From NCBI GenBank assembly GCA_022839995.1, contig JALHIN010000002.1:44983-108982 (forward strand): DNA of 64,000 bases, given 5' to 3'. The notes under the pieces are model-generated. The model did no database searches. It saw only the letters and a program-made list of their open reading frames with translations, and had not been told where the DNA came from. The position numbers and the translations under genes were made by a program. Each line of letters starts with the position of its first letter. Positions within the stretch are counted from its first letter, which is position 1. This document shows positions 19,634 to 29,628 of the stretch, one piece after another. Origin of the DNA: Synergistota bacterium (lineage in GTDB: Bacteria > Synergistota > Synergistia > Synergistales > 79-D21).

Positions 19634-21021
19634 ACCTTTACCGTGAAGGGTACTGTTCGGTCCAGGGGATCGTGGGCCCTCTCCTGATGGTTTCCGGAGT
19701 CAGGGAAGCTGGGTTCGGGGAAAAGGTCCTGATCGAAACCCCGGAGGGGAAACGGACCGGGCAGGTTCTGCAGGTCGACGGCGACCTTTGCGCCATCCAG
19801 GTTTTCGAGGGAACGATGGGGCTCCATTCAGGCGGAACGACGGTGTGGCTGGAAAGGGATATCGTTCGGATGCCCGTGGGCCTTTCCCTCCTCGGGAGGG
19901 TCCTTGACGGGCGGGGACGCCCCGTCGACGGGAAACCCCTCGGCTTCATCGAAAAGACCATTCCGGTGAACGGGTTGCCCCTGAACCCCGTTGCCCGGAC
20001 AAGTCCCAATTCTTTTGTCGAAACCGGGATCTCCACGATCGACTTGATGAACACCCTCGTGAGGGGACAGAAGCTGCCGATCTTTTCGGGAGCCGGACTG
20101 CCTGCAAACCGCCTGGCCGCTCAGATCGTCCGTCAATCCCGGGTTCCCGGCAAGGAAACTTCCTTCGTCGTCGTCTTTGCCGCGATCGGCATCACAGCCC
20201 GAGAAGCCCGGTATTTTCTCGACGATTTCGAAACAACCGGGGCTTTGAACAACGGCGTGTTTTTCATCAATCTTGCCAGCGATTCGGCCGTCGAGCGCCT
20301 TCTGACCCCCAGGCTCGCCCTGAGCGTGGCGGAGTACTTTGCCTTTGAAAAGTCGTACGACGTCCTCGTCGTCATGACGGACATGCTGCATTATTGCGAA
20401 GCCTTGAGAGAGGTCAGCGCGGCGAGGGAGGAAGTCCCCGGCAGAAGGGGCTTTCCCGGTTACATGTACTCCGACCTCGCCAGCCTCTACGAAAGGGCAG
20501 GCTGCGTCCATGGAATCTCGGGCAGCGTGACGCAGATCCCCATCATCACGATGCCGGACGACGACATGACCCATCCTGTCGTCGACCTTTCCGGCTACAT
20601 CACGGAAGGGCAGATCGTCCTGGACAGGAGTCTCCACGACCGCGGCATCTATCCCCCGGTGAACGTGCTTCCAAGCCTGAGCCGGTTGATGAACAAGGGA
20701 ATCGGAAAAGGGAGGACGGTCGCAGAGCACCGTTCCATGGCAGACCAGCTGTACGCAGCCTATGCCCGTTCCCGCGAGCTTGAGCGGCTCAAGCTGATCG
20801 TGGGAGAAGAGGGACTTTCCGCTCTCGAACACCGTTACATCCGGTTTGGAACGGTATTCGAGAAGAATTTCGTGAACCAGGGTGAAACCAGAAGGGATCT
20901 CCGCGAATCCCTCGAGAAATCGTGGGAACCTTTGGCGGAACTGCCCCCTTCGGAACTTTACAGGCTTCCGGACGACCTTGTCGAAAGCCGCATGGGAAGG
21001 TCCGTGACCCTTCCATCATGA
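19630..21021 (+). CDS. atpB: V/A-type ATPase subunit B
   Basis: 463 aa. SGAGLPANRLAAQI (degenerate P-loop) and PGRRGFPGYMYSDLASLYERAG. ATGA overlap with atpA. Confidence 0.95.
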   Translation: MNLYREGYCSVQGIVGPLLMVSGVREAGFGEKVLIETPEGKRTGQVLQVDGDLCAIQVFEGTMGLHSGGTTVWLERDIVRMPVGLSLLGRVLDGRGRPVDGKPLGFIEKTIPVNGLPLNPVARTSPNSFVETGISTIDLMNTLVRGQKLPIFSGAGLPANRLAAQIVRQSRVPGKETSFVVVFAAIGITAREARYFLDDFETTGALNNGVFFINLASDSAVERLLTPRLALSVAEYFAFEKSYDVLVVMTDMLHYCEALREVSAAREEVPGRRGFPGYMYSDLASLYERAGCVHGISGSVTQIPIITMPDDDMTHPVVDLSGYITEGQIVLDRSLHDRGIYPPVNVLPSLSRLMNKGIGKGRTVAEHRSMADQLYAAYARSRELERLKLIVGEEGLSALEHRYIRFGTVFEKNFVNQGETRRDLRESLEKSWEPLAELPPSELYRLPDDLVESRMGRSVTLPS

Positions 21022-21713
21022 ACAGGCCTCCGACCAGGGACCAACTGCTATCGCTGAGACGGCAGATTGTCGTCGTCCAGTACGGCAAAATGCTCCTGGA
21101 AAAGAAGCGCGACGCGTTGATCCGGGCGATCGAGGAAGACCGACGGGTCTTTCGGGAGATCGAAAAGCAGTTCCTCGACCTTTGCGGGAAGCTTTCCTTT
21201 TCCTACTCCCTTGTCCGCATCTTCGACGGGAATTTCGCCCTTCGCGTCCTGAAACCGGTTTCACCCCCGCTGGCAATTCGGTCCACCGTTCACGTCCTGG
21301 TGGGGTGCCGCTACCCTCAGTTCCAAAGTCCGTACGAAGGGCTCGCAGCGGAGTCGGAAGGGCTGGCTTACGATCCCGCCCTGGCGTCCCTGAACCTGGA
21401 CGACCTGTTGAAACTGCTGGAAGAAGGGAAATGGCTGGTCTGGGAATTCATCAACAAGAAGGCAAAGCTCCAGGCCCTGGATCGTGAATTGAAAAAAACC
21501 CTCCAGAAAATCAACACCCTTCAGCATCTCCTGCTCCCCTCCCTCGAAAGGGACCTGAAGCGGATCCGGGAAACCCTTTCCGAAAGGGAGCGGCAGGAAC
21601 TCTTCACCATCAAGAGGCTTAGGACCAAGACGATCCGCAGGCAAAATCCGTTCAAGCCGGAAAGGATCCCCCAGGGATGTTCAACGAACCCTTCAAACCC
21701 GGCATCATCGTGA
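21018..21713 (+). CDS. atpD: V/A-type ATPase subunit D (central stalk)
   Basis: MNRPPTRDQLLSLRRQIVVVQYGKMLLEKKRDALI is a typical subunit D N-terminus. The ATG at 21018 overlaps the atpB stop. Confidence 0.85.
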   Translation: MNRPPTRDQLLSLRRQIVVVQYGKMLLEKKRDALIRAIEEDRRVFREIEKQFLDLCGKLSFSYSLVRIFDGNFALRVLKPVSPPLAIRSTVHVLVGCRYPQFQSPYEGLAAESEGLAYDPALASLNLDDLLKLLEEGKWLVWEFINKKAKLQALDRELKKTLQKINTLQHLLLPSLERDLKRIRETLSERERQELFTIKRLRTKTIRRQNPFKPERIPQGCSTNPSNPASS

Positions 21714-21868
21714 AACTCCGCAAACCTCACGCCTGCGGGAGCGACAGGTGGAGGATCGTCCTCGTGGGAGCGTTGCTCGAGCTGGAGTGTCTCGGATGCG
21801 GAAAGAGACAGGCCTTCGACCCACTCGACCTTCGACGCCTGGTCCGTAGCCGCGAGGGACGGCCGTGA
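21677..21868 (+). CDS. DUF951-family small protein
   Basis: 63 aa. The pattern FKPGIIVKLRKPHACGSDRWRIV...ECLGCGK resembles DUF951/YyzM-type proteins (from memory). Confidence 0.65.
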   Translation: MFNEPFKPGIIVKLRKPHACGSDRWRIVLVGALLELECLGCGKRQAFDPLDLRRLVRSREGRP

Positions 21869-22329
21869 AGCTCCTTTTTCTCAGCGTCGGCCGAATGAAG
21901 TCGGAGCCGCTAAGGGCAATCTTTTCGGAATATATCCATCGGATTTCCCGGCTCTGCCCCGTTTGCTGCGAAACCGTCCGGGAAAGCCGGGCAAGGGTTC
22001 CCCAAATCATGCGCGAAGAGGAAGGCGAACGGATCCTCAGGATGGTTTCAGAACGGGACACGGTCGTTCTCCTGGACGAACACGGGAAAATGATGCCCAG
22101 CCTTACCTATGCCAGGTGGTTATCGAATAGAATAGAATCGTCGGCGGGAAGGCTCTGCCTCGTTGTGGGGGGAGCCTACGGTGTTTCTTCCGCAGTTCGG
22201 GATAGGGCAGATGAAACCCTTGCCCTCTCTTCGATGACGTTTCCCCACGAACTCTGCCTCGTGATCCTGGCCGAGCAGGTTTACAGAGCGTTTTCGATCC
22301 TGGAGGGATCATCCTATCATCACGATTGA
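21865..22329 (+). CDS. rlmH: 23S rRNA (pseudouridine1915-N3)-methyltransferase RlmH
   Basis: 154 aa SPOUT fold: LLDEHGKMM...LVVGGAYGVS...LALSSMTFPHELCLVILAEQVYRA. Confidence 0.9.
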   Translation: MKLLFLSVGRMKSEPLRAIFSEYIHRISRLCPVCCETVRESRARVPQIMREEEGERILRMVSERDTVVLLDEHGKMMPSLTYARWLSNRIESSAGRLCLVVGGAYGVSSAVRDRADETLALSSMTFPHELCLVILAEQVYRAFSILEGSSYHHD

Positions 22330-22355
22330 AACCGAAAACCGAGGAGGGAAAACCG

Positions 22356-22664
22356 TTGAAATTCGACAAGATTCTCAAGCAAGCGCAAAAGATGCAGGCG
22401 GACATGGCCAGAATCCAGGAAGAACTGGCCAACGAGCGGATCGAGGGGTTGGCCGGAGGAGGGATGGTCAAAGCCACCGTGAACGGACAGGGGGACATCC
22501 TGGCGATCCACCTGGAGAGGGAAGTCATCGACCCGGAAGACAAGGAAATGCTGGAGGACCTGATCGTAGCGGCAATCAACGACGCCGTTAGGAAAAGCCG
22601 TGAAGTCGCCGGCCAGCGCATGAGCGGCATCACGGGCGGCATGGCTTTTCCCGGCCTAGTGTGA
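22356..22664 (+). CDS. ybaB: Nucleoid-associated protein YbaB/EbfC
   Basis: (M)KFDKILKQAQKMQADMARIQEEL...GGGMVKATVNGQGDILAIHL. TTG at 22356 has GAGGAGGG 7 nt upstream; the track start is 22326. Confidence 0.9.
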   Translation: MKFDKILKQAQKMQADMARIQEELANERIEGLAGGGMVKATVNGQGDILAIHLEREVIDPEDKEMLEDLIVAAINDAVRKSREVAGQRMSGITGGMAFPGLV

Positions 22665-23293
22665 CAGGGAAGGGATTCCGCTTGTCCTCGCCTTCGCCTA
22701 TCGAAAAACTGTCTTCTCTTCTGTGCCGTCTGCCCGGGATCGGAGAAAAAAGCGCCCGGAGGATCGTCTTCCACCTGATGGCTCAACCTGAAGAGTTTTG
22801 CCGGGAATTTGCCGAGGCGGTCCGCTCGCTCAAAGAACGCCTTCACCCGTGTCCGGAATGCGGGAACTATACCGAAGAGGACCCGTGTCCCATCTGTGGG
22901 GACCCTTTCCGTGACAGGACGGTGATGTGTGTCGTCGAAACCGCGGAGGACCTCGTTTGCCTGGAGCAGGCATCCGTATTCAGCGGACTCTACCAGGTCC
23001 TGGGGGGACGGGTTTCTCCGATGGACGGAGAGGAAATCGACCGTCGAATCCTGGAAACGCTTCAGCGCAGGATTCGTCAATATGGCGTCAAGGAGGTCAT
23101 CATCGCGACCAACCCCTGCGTGGAAGGAGACCTGACCTACTTCGCCGTCGTCGATGCCCTCAAGGGCAGCGGGGCTCGGCTTTCCAGGCTGGCTTACGGA
23201 CTTCCCGTCGGGGGAAGCATCGGGTACGCGGATCGGGTCACACTCCACGCTGCACTCGAAGCTCGACGGCAGGTCGCGGAAACGGGATCCTAA
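22661..23293 (+). CDS. recR: Recombination protein RecR
   Basis: PIEKLSSLLCRLPGIGEKSARRIVFHL (HhH), a C4 zinc finger CPECGNYTEEDPCPIC, and a Toprim domain. Confidence 0.9.
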   Translation: MTGKGFRLSSPSPIEKLSSLLCRLPGIGEKSARRIVFHLMAQPEEFCREFAEAVRSLKERLHPCPECGNYTEEDPCPICGDPFRDRTVMCVVETAEDLVCLEQASVFSGLYQVLGGRVSPMDGEEIDRRILETLQRRIRQYGVKEVIIATNPCVEGDLTYFAVVDALKGSGARLSRLAYGLPVGGSIGYADRVTLHAALEARRQVAETGS

Positions 23294-23326
23294 CCCGTCT
23301 TCCTCCAAGGAAGGAGTGATGAGAAC

Positions 23327-24490
23327 ATGGCAGAAGGGTTCGGCAGGATTTTGAAAGCGGGGACCCGCATCCTTTTCTCCCTTCTGGGAGGCGTTGCCGG
23401 GTACCAGGTCGCTCAGATCCTCCTGCGGCAGGGTTGGTGGAAGGGAGTATCCATGAGCCACATCGTGGCGATCAACCTCCTCTTTATCGGGTCCCTGTCC
23501 TTAGTCGGCTTTATCCTTAGCATTTATTTCGTTAAAGCGTTGGTCTTCATCGGAACCTTTTCGGAGCGCCAACTCCAATCCACAAGCTGGCACGATCTCT
23601 CCGTCTCCGTGATCGGCCTGATCGTTGGACTTCTGGTGGCAAACCTGATCGCACTGCCCTTTTCCGGGCTTCCCGCGGTCGGAAGCTACATTGCGGTGCT
23701 GCTGAACCTGACGCTCGGGTACTTGGGAGTACGGATCTTTTCGAGGCGCCGGGATGAAATCCTGAACATGTGGTCATCGCTCGGGGGATTGAAAGGGAAG
23801 CTGGTCTTTCGCGGAAAGAAAGGGAAACAGGCTCAATCCCAGGGCCAGGAAGACCTTTTCCTCGAGGAAAACCGTGAAACGCCCCCAAAAATCCTCGACA
23901 CGAGCGTGATCATCGACGGACGAATCCTGGATATCGCGAAGGCAGGGTTTCTTGAGGGCCCGATCGTCCTTCCGCGGTTTGTCCTGACCGAACTCCAGTC
24001 CGTTGCCGATTCGACCGATCCGATCAAGCGCTCCAGGGGCCGCAGAGGGTTCGATGTCGTCAGCGAGCTGCAGAAACTCAAGGAAGTGCAGGTCCAGGTC
24101 CTGGAAGTGACCTTGAAAGACCTGGGGCTCGAAGCGGTCGACGAAGCCCTGCTGGCATTGGCAAAACAGGCGGGAGGAAAAATCCTCACGACCGATTACA
24201 ACCTCAACATGAGGGCCCAGGTCGAAAAAGTCGTGGTTCTGAACGTCAACGACCTGTCCAACTCTCTCAAACCCGTCCTCCTACCGGGGGAGAGCCTCAC
24301 CGTGGACATTCTCCGGGAAGGCAAGGAACCCAACCAGGGAGTCGGATACCTGGAGGACGGAACGATGATCGTCGTAGAGGACGGACAGCGTCATATCGGA
24401 AGAAGGGTCGAGGTCTTCGTGACGTCCCTCCTGCAGACTTCGGCGGGCCGGATGATTTTCGGCCGGTTCGTGAGGGAGGTCCAGCGTTGA
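23327..24490 (+). CDS. Membrane-anchored PIN/TRAM domain protein (YacL-like)
   Basis: N-terminal TM segments, a PIN domain (ILDTSVIIDGRILDI...VLPRFVLTELQSVAD) and a C-terminal TRAM-like domain. Confidence 0.8.
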   Translation: MAEGFGRILKAGTRILFSLLGGVAGYQVAQILLRQGWWKGVSMSHIVAINLLFIGSLSLVGFILSIYFVKALVFIGTFSERQLQSTSWHDLSVSVIGLIVGLLVANLIALPFSGLPAVGSYIAVLLNLTLGYLGVRIFSRRRDEILNMWSSLGGLKGKLVFRGKKGKQAQSQGQEDLFLEENRETPPKILDTSVIIDGRILDIAKAGFLEGPIVLPRFVLTELQSVADSTDPIKRSRGRRGFDVVSELQKLKEVQVQVLEVTLKDLGLEAVDEALLALAKQAGGKILTTDYNLNMRAQVEKVVVLNVNDLSNSLKPVLLPGESLTVDILREGKEPNQGVGYLEDGTMIVVEDGQRHIGRRVEVFVTSLLQTSAGRMIFGRFVREVQR

Positions 24491-25647
24491 GGGAAGGCGT
24501 TTCCTTCATTGTCGTCGCAGCCGGAAAGGGCACTCGGTTTCGAGGGGGCGAACCGAAACAGTACGCCCTTGTTGCGGGTTATCCCCTCTGGAAATGGTCG
24601 GCGAAGATCGCCGATTCCCTTTTCTCGAAAGGGCTCGTCGATGAACTCGTCCTCGTGGTCCCTCCCGAAGGCCTCGAACGAGTTTCCGGTGAACTCCCGG
24701 GCCTGGGGGTGCCCGTCACACTCGAAACGGGAGGAAGCGAGAGGGGCATCTCCGTCATGAGAGGGCTGGCGGCGGCCCGAGGCAGGTTTGTCCTTGTTCA
24801 TGATGCCGCACGCCCCCTGGTTTCCGAGGAACTTTGCCGCAAGCTGATCGCCGAGGCAAGGAATGCCGGGGGTGCGATCCCGGTACTGCCCGTTACGGAC
24901 GCCTTGAAGCGCCTCCAAGGGAAAACCGTCACATCGGTCGGCAAGGAAGGGCTTTACCGGGCACAGACCCCGCAGGCCTTCGAGCGCGAGCCCCTGATGG
25001 CTGCGATGGCCGGCTTCGGCCCAAAAGCGGCCGACGAGTCCGAAGCCTGGATCGCAGCTGGAAGGCCGCTGGCGTTTGTCCCGGGCGAAACGGCCAATTT
25101 CAAGGTAACCTATCCCGAAGATCTTTCCCTGGCGGAGAAACTCCTTTCCGGAACCGTGGAATGGAGGACGGGGCATGGCTACGACGTTCATCCCCTCGTA
25201 CCGGGAAGGCCCCTCGTCCTCGGCGGCATCCGAATCCCATCCAGCCTCGGGCTCGAGGGACACTCGGACGCCGACTGTATTTGCCATTCGGCTTCCGATG
25301 CCCTCCTGGGAGCGGCGGGACTGCCGGATATCGGGACTCTTTTTCCGGCTTCGGATCCAAGTTTCAAAAACTTTTTCAGCCTCGACATCTTTCGGGACGC
25401 AGCGAAAAAGGTCCAGGCCGAAGGATGGGTTGTCCGGTGGCTCGACATCACCCTTGTGGCCCAGGTTCCCAAACTTGGACACTTCCTCGGCCAAATGCGT
25501 GCAACCATGGAGAAAGCCCTGGGGAGCCCTTCGGCAGGCCTTCGCCGGATCAACATCAAGGTCAAATCCGGAGAAGCGGTCGGTCCGGTCGGGGAAGGGA
25601 AATGCATGGAGTGTCACGCAATCGCCACGCTTTCAAGAAGGACTTGA
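24487..25647 (+). CDS. ispDF: Bifunctional IspD/IspF (MEP cytidylyltransferase / MEcPP synthase)
   Basis: IspD motif VAAGKGTRF at the N-terminus. IspF half RTGHGYDVHPL...GHSDADCICHSASDALLGAAGLPDIGTLFP. Confidence 0.9.
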   Translation: MREGVSFIVVAAGKGTRFRGGEPKQYALVAGYPLWKWSAKIADSLFSKGLVDELVLVVPPEGLERVSGELPGLGVPVTLETGGSERGISVMRGLAAARGRFVLVHDAARPLVSEELCRKLIAEARNAGGAIPVLPVTDALKRLQGKTVTSVGKEGLYRAQTPQAFEREPLMAAMAGFGPKAADESEAWIAAGRPLAFVPGETANFKVTYPEDLSLAEKLLSGTVEWRTGHGYDVHPLVPGRPLVLGGIRIPSSLGLEGHSDADCICHSASDALLGAAGLPDIGTLFPASDPSFKNFFSLDIFRDAAKKVQAEGWVVRWLDITLVAQVPKLGHFLGQMRATMEKALGSPSAGLRRINIKVKSGEAVGPVGEGKCMECHAIATLSRRT

Positions 25648-25735
25648 AACAAGCCGGGATTCTCTTCGGGAACTTGTCCCTGGGGGGATTTTCGGTTAGA
25701 CTTCCGCAAAGTGTCCACCGGGAGGTGCGAGAATC

Positions 25736-27208
25736 GTGTTGGAGAACCGCTTTGTTCCATATGAAGGATTTACGTTTGATGACCTTCTTCTTGTCCCGGA
25801 CTACAGCGAAGTCGTTCCCGCGATGGTCGATGTCCGGAGCTGGATCACTCCCCAGATCCCGCTGAATATTCCCCTCTGCAGTGCTGCCATGGATACCGTT
25901 ACCGAGGGAAGGCTGGCGATCGCCGTTGCACGAGAAGGTGGAATCGGGATCATCCACCGGAACATGACTCCCGAAGCACAGGTCCGTGAAATCGACAAGG
26001 TCAAGCGGTCGGAATCGGGAGTCATCGTGGATCCTTTCTTCCTTCCCCCAACGGCGGCAGTACAGGAAGCGGTTTCCCTCATGGAGCACTACCATATCTC
26101 GGGGGTTCCGATCGTCAACGAAAAGATGCAGCTGGTGGGGATCATCACAAACCGGGATCTCCGGTTCGTCACGGATTACACCCAGCCGGTTCAAAACGTC
26201 ATGACGAAGGAAAACCTGATCACCGCCCCGGTAGGGACAACCCTCGAGGACGCCAAGGCCATCCTCATGCGGCACAAGGTTGAAAAACTCCCGATCGTGG
26301 ATGGAAACGGAATCCTGAAAGGGTTGATCACCATCAAGGACATCCAGAAGGTCAAGGATTTCCCCAACGCCTGCAAGGATGTCCACGGACGCCTCCGTGT
26401 CGGTGCCGCGGTGGGAGTGGGCAGGGACGTCCCCGAGAGGGTTGAAACCCTCGTCAAGGGGGGAGCGGACCTCATCGTTGTCGATACGGCTCACGGTCAT
26501 TCCCGGTCCGTGATTGAAACCGTCCGGCAAATCCGGAAAAACTACCCCGATCTGCCGGTTGTAGCGGGAAACATCGCCACCGCGAGGGCCGCCGAGGCCC
26601 TCATCGAGGCGGGAGCGGATGCTGTCAAGGTCGGCGTCGGCCCCGGATCGATCTGCACGACCCGGGTGATCGCCGGAATCGGGGTTCCACAGGTCGCCGC
26701 AATCATGGAAGTGGCACCAGTAGCCCACCGCTTTGGGAAAAAGGTGATCGCCGACGGCGGGATCCGGTATTCGGGAGACGTCGTCAAGGCCCTCGCGGCC
26801 GGCGCGGATTGCGTCATGATCGGTTCCCTCTTTGCAGGCACCGAGGAGAGCCCCGGGGAAGAAGTCATTTACCGCGGCCGGTCCTATAAAAGCTACAGGG
26901 GAATGGGCTCCCTGGGAGCGATGAAGGAAGGCTGCAGCAAGGACCGGTATTTCCAGGAGGGGGTTACGGAGGAAAAGCTCGTCCCGGAAGGCATCGAAGG
27001 GCTCGTTCCCTACAAGGGAACCGCTGGCGCGGTGATCTTCCAGCTGGTCGGAGGATTACGATCCGGGATGGGATATGTCGGAGCCGCCACTATCGAGGAA
27101 CTGCACAGCAAGGCACGCTTCGTGAAAGTGACGGCCGCCTCGGTCAAGGAAAGCCACCCGCACGATGTCGTCATCACGAAGGAGGCTCCAAACTACTGGG
27201 CCGAATAG
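25736..27208 (+). CDS. guaB: IMP dehydrogenase
   Basis: 490 aa. [11 protein letters not shown], a CBS pair, and the catalytic loop [12 protein letters not shown]. Confidence 0.95.
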   Translation: MLENRFVPYEGFTFDDLLLVPDYSEVVPAMVDVRSWITPQIPLNIPLCSAAMDTVTEGRLAIAVAREGGIGIIHRNMTPEAQVREIDKVKRSESGVIVDPFFLPPTAAVQEAVSLMEHYHISGVPIVNEKMQLVGIITNRDLRFVTDYTQPVQNVMTKENLITAPVGTTLEDAKAILMRHKVEKLPIVDGNGILKGLITIKDIQKVKDFPNACKDVHGRLRVGAAVGVGRDVPERVETLVKGGADLIVVDTAHGHSRSVIETVRQIRKNYPDLPVVAGNIATARAAEALIEAGADAVKVGVGPGSICTTRVIAGIGVPQVAAIMEVAPVAHRFGKKVIADGGIRYSGDVVKALAAGADCVMIGSLFAGTEESPGEEVIYRGRSYKSYRGMGSLGAMKEGCSKDRYFQEGVTEEKLVPEGIEGLVPYKGTAGAVIFQLVGGLRSGMGYVGAATIEELHSKARFVKVTAASVKESHPHDVVITKEAPNYWAE

Positions 27209-27307
27209 GGACTCGCGGGCCCACAGAACGGGGAAGCCCGGTCCCTTGAACCCCGAAGAGAAGGGTGTTATACTTCTTTTCGCGAATCATTCCGTTGCAG
27301 GATGCGT

Positions 27308-27340
27308 CGAAGAGTGGGCTCCGCCCACTCTTCGTTTTTT
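27308..27340 (+). terminator. Rho-independent terminator after guaB
   Basis: 12-bp perfect stem CGAAGAGTGGGC / GCCCACTCTTCG, loop TCC, followed by T6. Confidence 0.7.
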
Positions 27341-27358
27341 AAGAATGGGGGGAAACGC

Positions 27359-27835
27359 GTGAACCCGAACAGGGAACGACGGCTGAAGCTGTCAAGGGCC
27401 CTGGAGGAAGCCATCGACAAGGCTGGATACGACTGCCTCGAAATCCAGCTCACGCATGAAGGCGGGAGACCGATCCTTCGCATCGTCATCGACTCACCGG
27501 GCGGAATCGGGGTGGAAGACTGCGAAAAGGTGTCCAGGATCCTGAATGGCATGCAGGAAGAGATCGAGCCCTTTTTCCGGGGCAGGTATTACATGGAAGT
27601 GAGCTCTCCCGGAGTGGAACGGCCCCTGAAAAGAATCGAGGAATACCGGCGCTTCCAGGGGAAGATGGCGAAGGTCCAGCTCAGGGAAAGCATGAACGGG
27701 CAAAAGAACTTCAAGGGAAGAATCCAGGGCGTGGAAGGGGAATCGATTTCATTCATCACGTGCGAGGGGAAAGCGGTTGTTTTTCCCTTCGAAGCCATCC
27801 GGAAAGCGAACCTTGTCTACGAAGAAAATGAATAA
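27359..27835 (+). CDS. rimP: Ribosome maturation factor RimP
   Basis: Position 5' of nusA and sequence LEEAIDKAGYDCLEIQLTHEGGRPILRIVIDSPGGI...YMEVSSPGVERPL. GTG at 27359 lies downstream of the terminator, with GGGGGG 9 nt upstream. Confidence 0.85.
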   Translation: MNPNRERRLKLSRALEEAIDKAGYDCLEIQLTHEGGRPILRIVIDSPGGIGVEDCEKVSRILNGMQEEIEPFFRGRYYMEVSSPGVERPLKRIEEYRRFQGKMAKVQLRESMNGQKNFKGRIQGVEGESISFITCEGKAVVFPFEAIRKANLVYEENE

Positions 27836-27865
27836 AAGACTAGAGAACGGCGTTTTTGAGGAGGC

Positions 27866-29008
27866 ATGACCATGCAGCTCGGGAAAGATTTTATCAAGGC
27901 CTTGAAGCAGATCGAACAGGAAAAGGGGCTTTCCTCCGAGATCATCCTTTCGAGCCTCGAGGCCGCACTGATCTCGTCCTACCGGAAGCACAGGGGGGGC
28001 AACCAGAACGTCGAGGTCCACATCGAACCCGAAAACGGAGCGATGGTGCTCTACGAGGTCAAGCAGATCTGTGAAGAGGTTACGGACCCGGATACCCAGA
28101 TGACGCTGGCCGAGGGAGAGAAGATGGGGCTCCCTGACCTTGCGGTGGGAGACCTCGTCCGAATCGAGGTTTTCCCGGAAGATTTCGGGAGAATTGCCGC
28201 CCAGACCGCGAGACAGGTCATCCTTCAACGGATCAAGGACGCCGAAAGGCAGGTCATCTTCGAGGAGTTTTCGGATCGGATCGGGAACCTCGTCAACGGC
28301 GTCATCTTCAAATCTGAAGGGGACCAGGTCCTGGTTCGTCTGAACGAGCGAACCGAGGCGATCCTGCCCCGTGAGGAACGGATTCTGGCCGAAAGCTACA
28401 ACTCCGGGGATCGTATGAAATTCCTCCTCCTGGACGTTCGCCGGACCAGCAAGGGACCCCGGATCGTCGTTTCCCGCACGCACCCGGGATTGCTGCGCAG
28501 GCTGCTGGAGCTTGAGGTTCCCGAAATCCAGGAGGGAACCGTGGAGATCCGCGGGATCGTCCGCGAGGCGGGAGCAAGGGCAAAAGTAGCCGTTTCGACC
28601 CTCGACCCGAACGTAGACCCGGTGGGAGCCTGCGTCGGCAACAAGGGGGCCCGGATCAAGTCGATCAGCTCCGAGCTTCATGACGAACGCATCGACATCA
28701 TCATCTGGAGCAATGACCCGCTCCAGTTCGTCAGGAATTCGCTTTCGCCCGCAAAGATCGTCAAGGTGGAACCGGTCCTCGAATCGGAAAAATCGGTCAA
28801 GGTGTACGTACGCCCGGATCAACTCTCCCTTGCGATCGGAAAGGCAGGGCAGAATGTCCGCCTTGCCGCGCGGCTCACCGGTTGGAAGATCGACATCAAA
28901 GTCCTGGAACCGGAAAGGATGCCGACCCTTCAGGATCTTTTTGAAGATATAATCAAGGGAGAACCGAAAGAATTATGGCCCGAAGAGAAAACGGAGCGAG
29001 ACCAATAA
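27866..29008 (+). CDS. nusA: Transcription termination/antitermination factor NusA
   Basis: 380 aa with N-terminal, S1 and two KH domains (GACVGNKGARIKSI; AIGKAGQNVRLAARLTGWKIDI). Confidence 0.95.
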   Translation: MTMQLGKDFIKALKQIEQEKGLSSEIILSSLEAALISSYRKHRGGNQNVEVHIEPENGAMVLYEVKQICEEVTDPDTQMTLAEGEKMGLPDLAVGDLVRIEVFPEDFGRIAAQTARQVILQRIKDAERQVIFEEFSDRIGNLVNGVIFKSEGDQVLVRLNERTEAILPREERILAESYNSGDRMKFLLLDVRRTSKGPRIVVSRTHPGLLRRLLELEVPEIQEGTVEIRGIVREAGARAKVAVSTLDPNVDPVGACVGNKGARIKSISSELHDERIDIIIWSNDPLQFVRNSLSPAKIVKVEPVLESEKSVKVYVRPDQLSLAIGKAGQNVRLAARLTGWKIDIKVLEPERMPTLQDLFEDIIKGEPKELWPEEKTERDQ

Positions 29009-29280
29009 GGAGGACGCGCCCCCGGACCTGTGTCGGATGCGGTACCGAATCCCCGAAGAAGGGGTTGATTCGGGTTGTGCGAAAACCGGACGGTGGGGTT
29101 TCCATCGACCCGACTGGCAAAGCCCCGGGAAGGGGAGCCTACCTTTGTGCAAGCGCGGATTGCCTTAGGGAAGCCAAGAAGCGAAAAGCCCTTTCCCGCT
29201 GTCTCAAGGTCGTGATCCCCGAGTCCCTTTACGACGAACTGGAATCCTACATCGCCAACCTGCCCGAAAGGAAGGATTAG
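28975..29280 (+). CDS. ylxR: YlxR/RnpM (DUF448) RNA-binding protein
   Basis: RTCVGCG...GLIRVV...DPTGKAPGRGAYLC motif, and a conserved position after nusA. Confidence 0.85.
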   Translation: MARRENGARPIRRTRPRTCVGCGTESPKKGLIRVVRKPDGGVSIDPTGKAPGRGAYLCASADCLREAKKRKALSRCLKVVIPESLYDELESYIANLPERKD

Positions 29281-29283
29281 GAC

Positions 29284-29628
29284 TTGACGGAAAACGAGAA
29301 ACGGGCTTTCCTCCAGAAGCTCGGCCTTTGCAGGAGGGCGGGAGAGGCCATTATCGGGCAGGATCGGATTCGCTCTACAGTTTCCGAAGGAAAGGGACCG
29401 CTTTTGCTGTTTTTTACGAAAGATGCTTCCCCCACGGTGAGGAGACGGCTTGCGCCCTCAGGCCCGAGAAGTTCGGACCGGGCCGTGCTGCTGGAATCGA
29501 TTTCGCGCTGGGAACTCGGGGCCGCCCTGGGGCTTTCCGAAGCCCAGGTCGTGGCGCTTCCGGAAACCAGCCGCTTTGCCGAAATGCTCCTGGAGGACTT
29601 GAGACAGGAAGGTGATCGGATTGAGTAA
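29284..29628 (+). CDS. L7Ae-family RNA-binding protein (YlxQ-like)
   Basis: LGLCRRAGEAIIGQDRIRSTV...LLLFFTKDAS. Conserved position between ylxR and infB. TTG start. Confidence 0.75.
   Translation: MTENEKRAFLQKLGLCRRAGEAIIGQDRIRSTVSEGKGPLLLFFTKDASPTVRRRLAPSGPRSSDRAVLLESISRWELGAALGLSEAQVVALPETSRFAEMLLEDLRQEGDRIE

Noticed and set aside
22103-23461. 452-aa minus-strand ORF
   Set aside because: It runs antisense across four well-supported + strand genes (rlmH, ybaB, recR, PIN/TRAM). It is R/P/G/S-rich and low in complexity, and has no RBS. This is the typical stop-codon-poor antisense frame of high-GC DNA.
24391-26728. Two long minus-strand ORFs (24391-25617, 25562-26728)
   Set aside because: They are antisense to ispDF and guaB, whose identities are unambiguous. 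Their composition is biased toward R/P/G/D and they carry no motifs.
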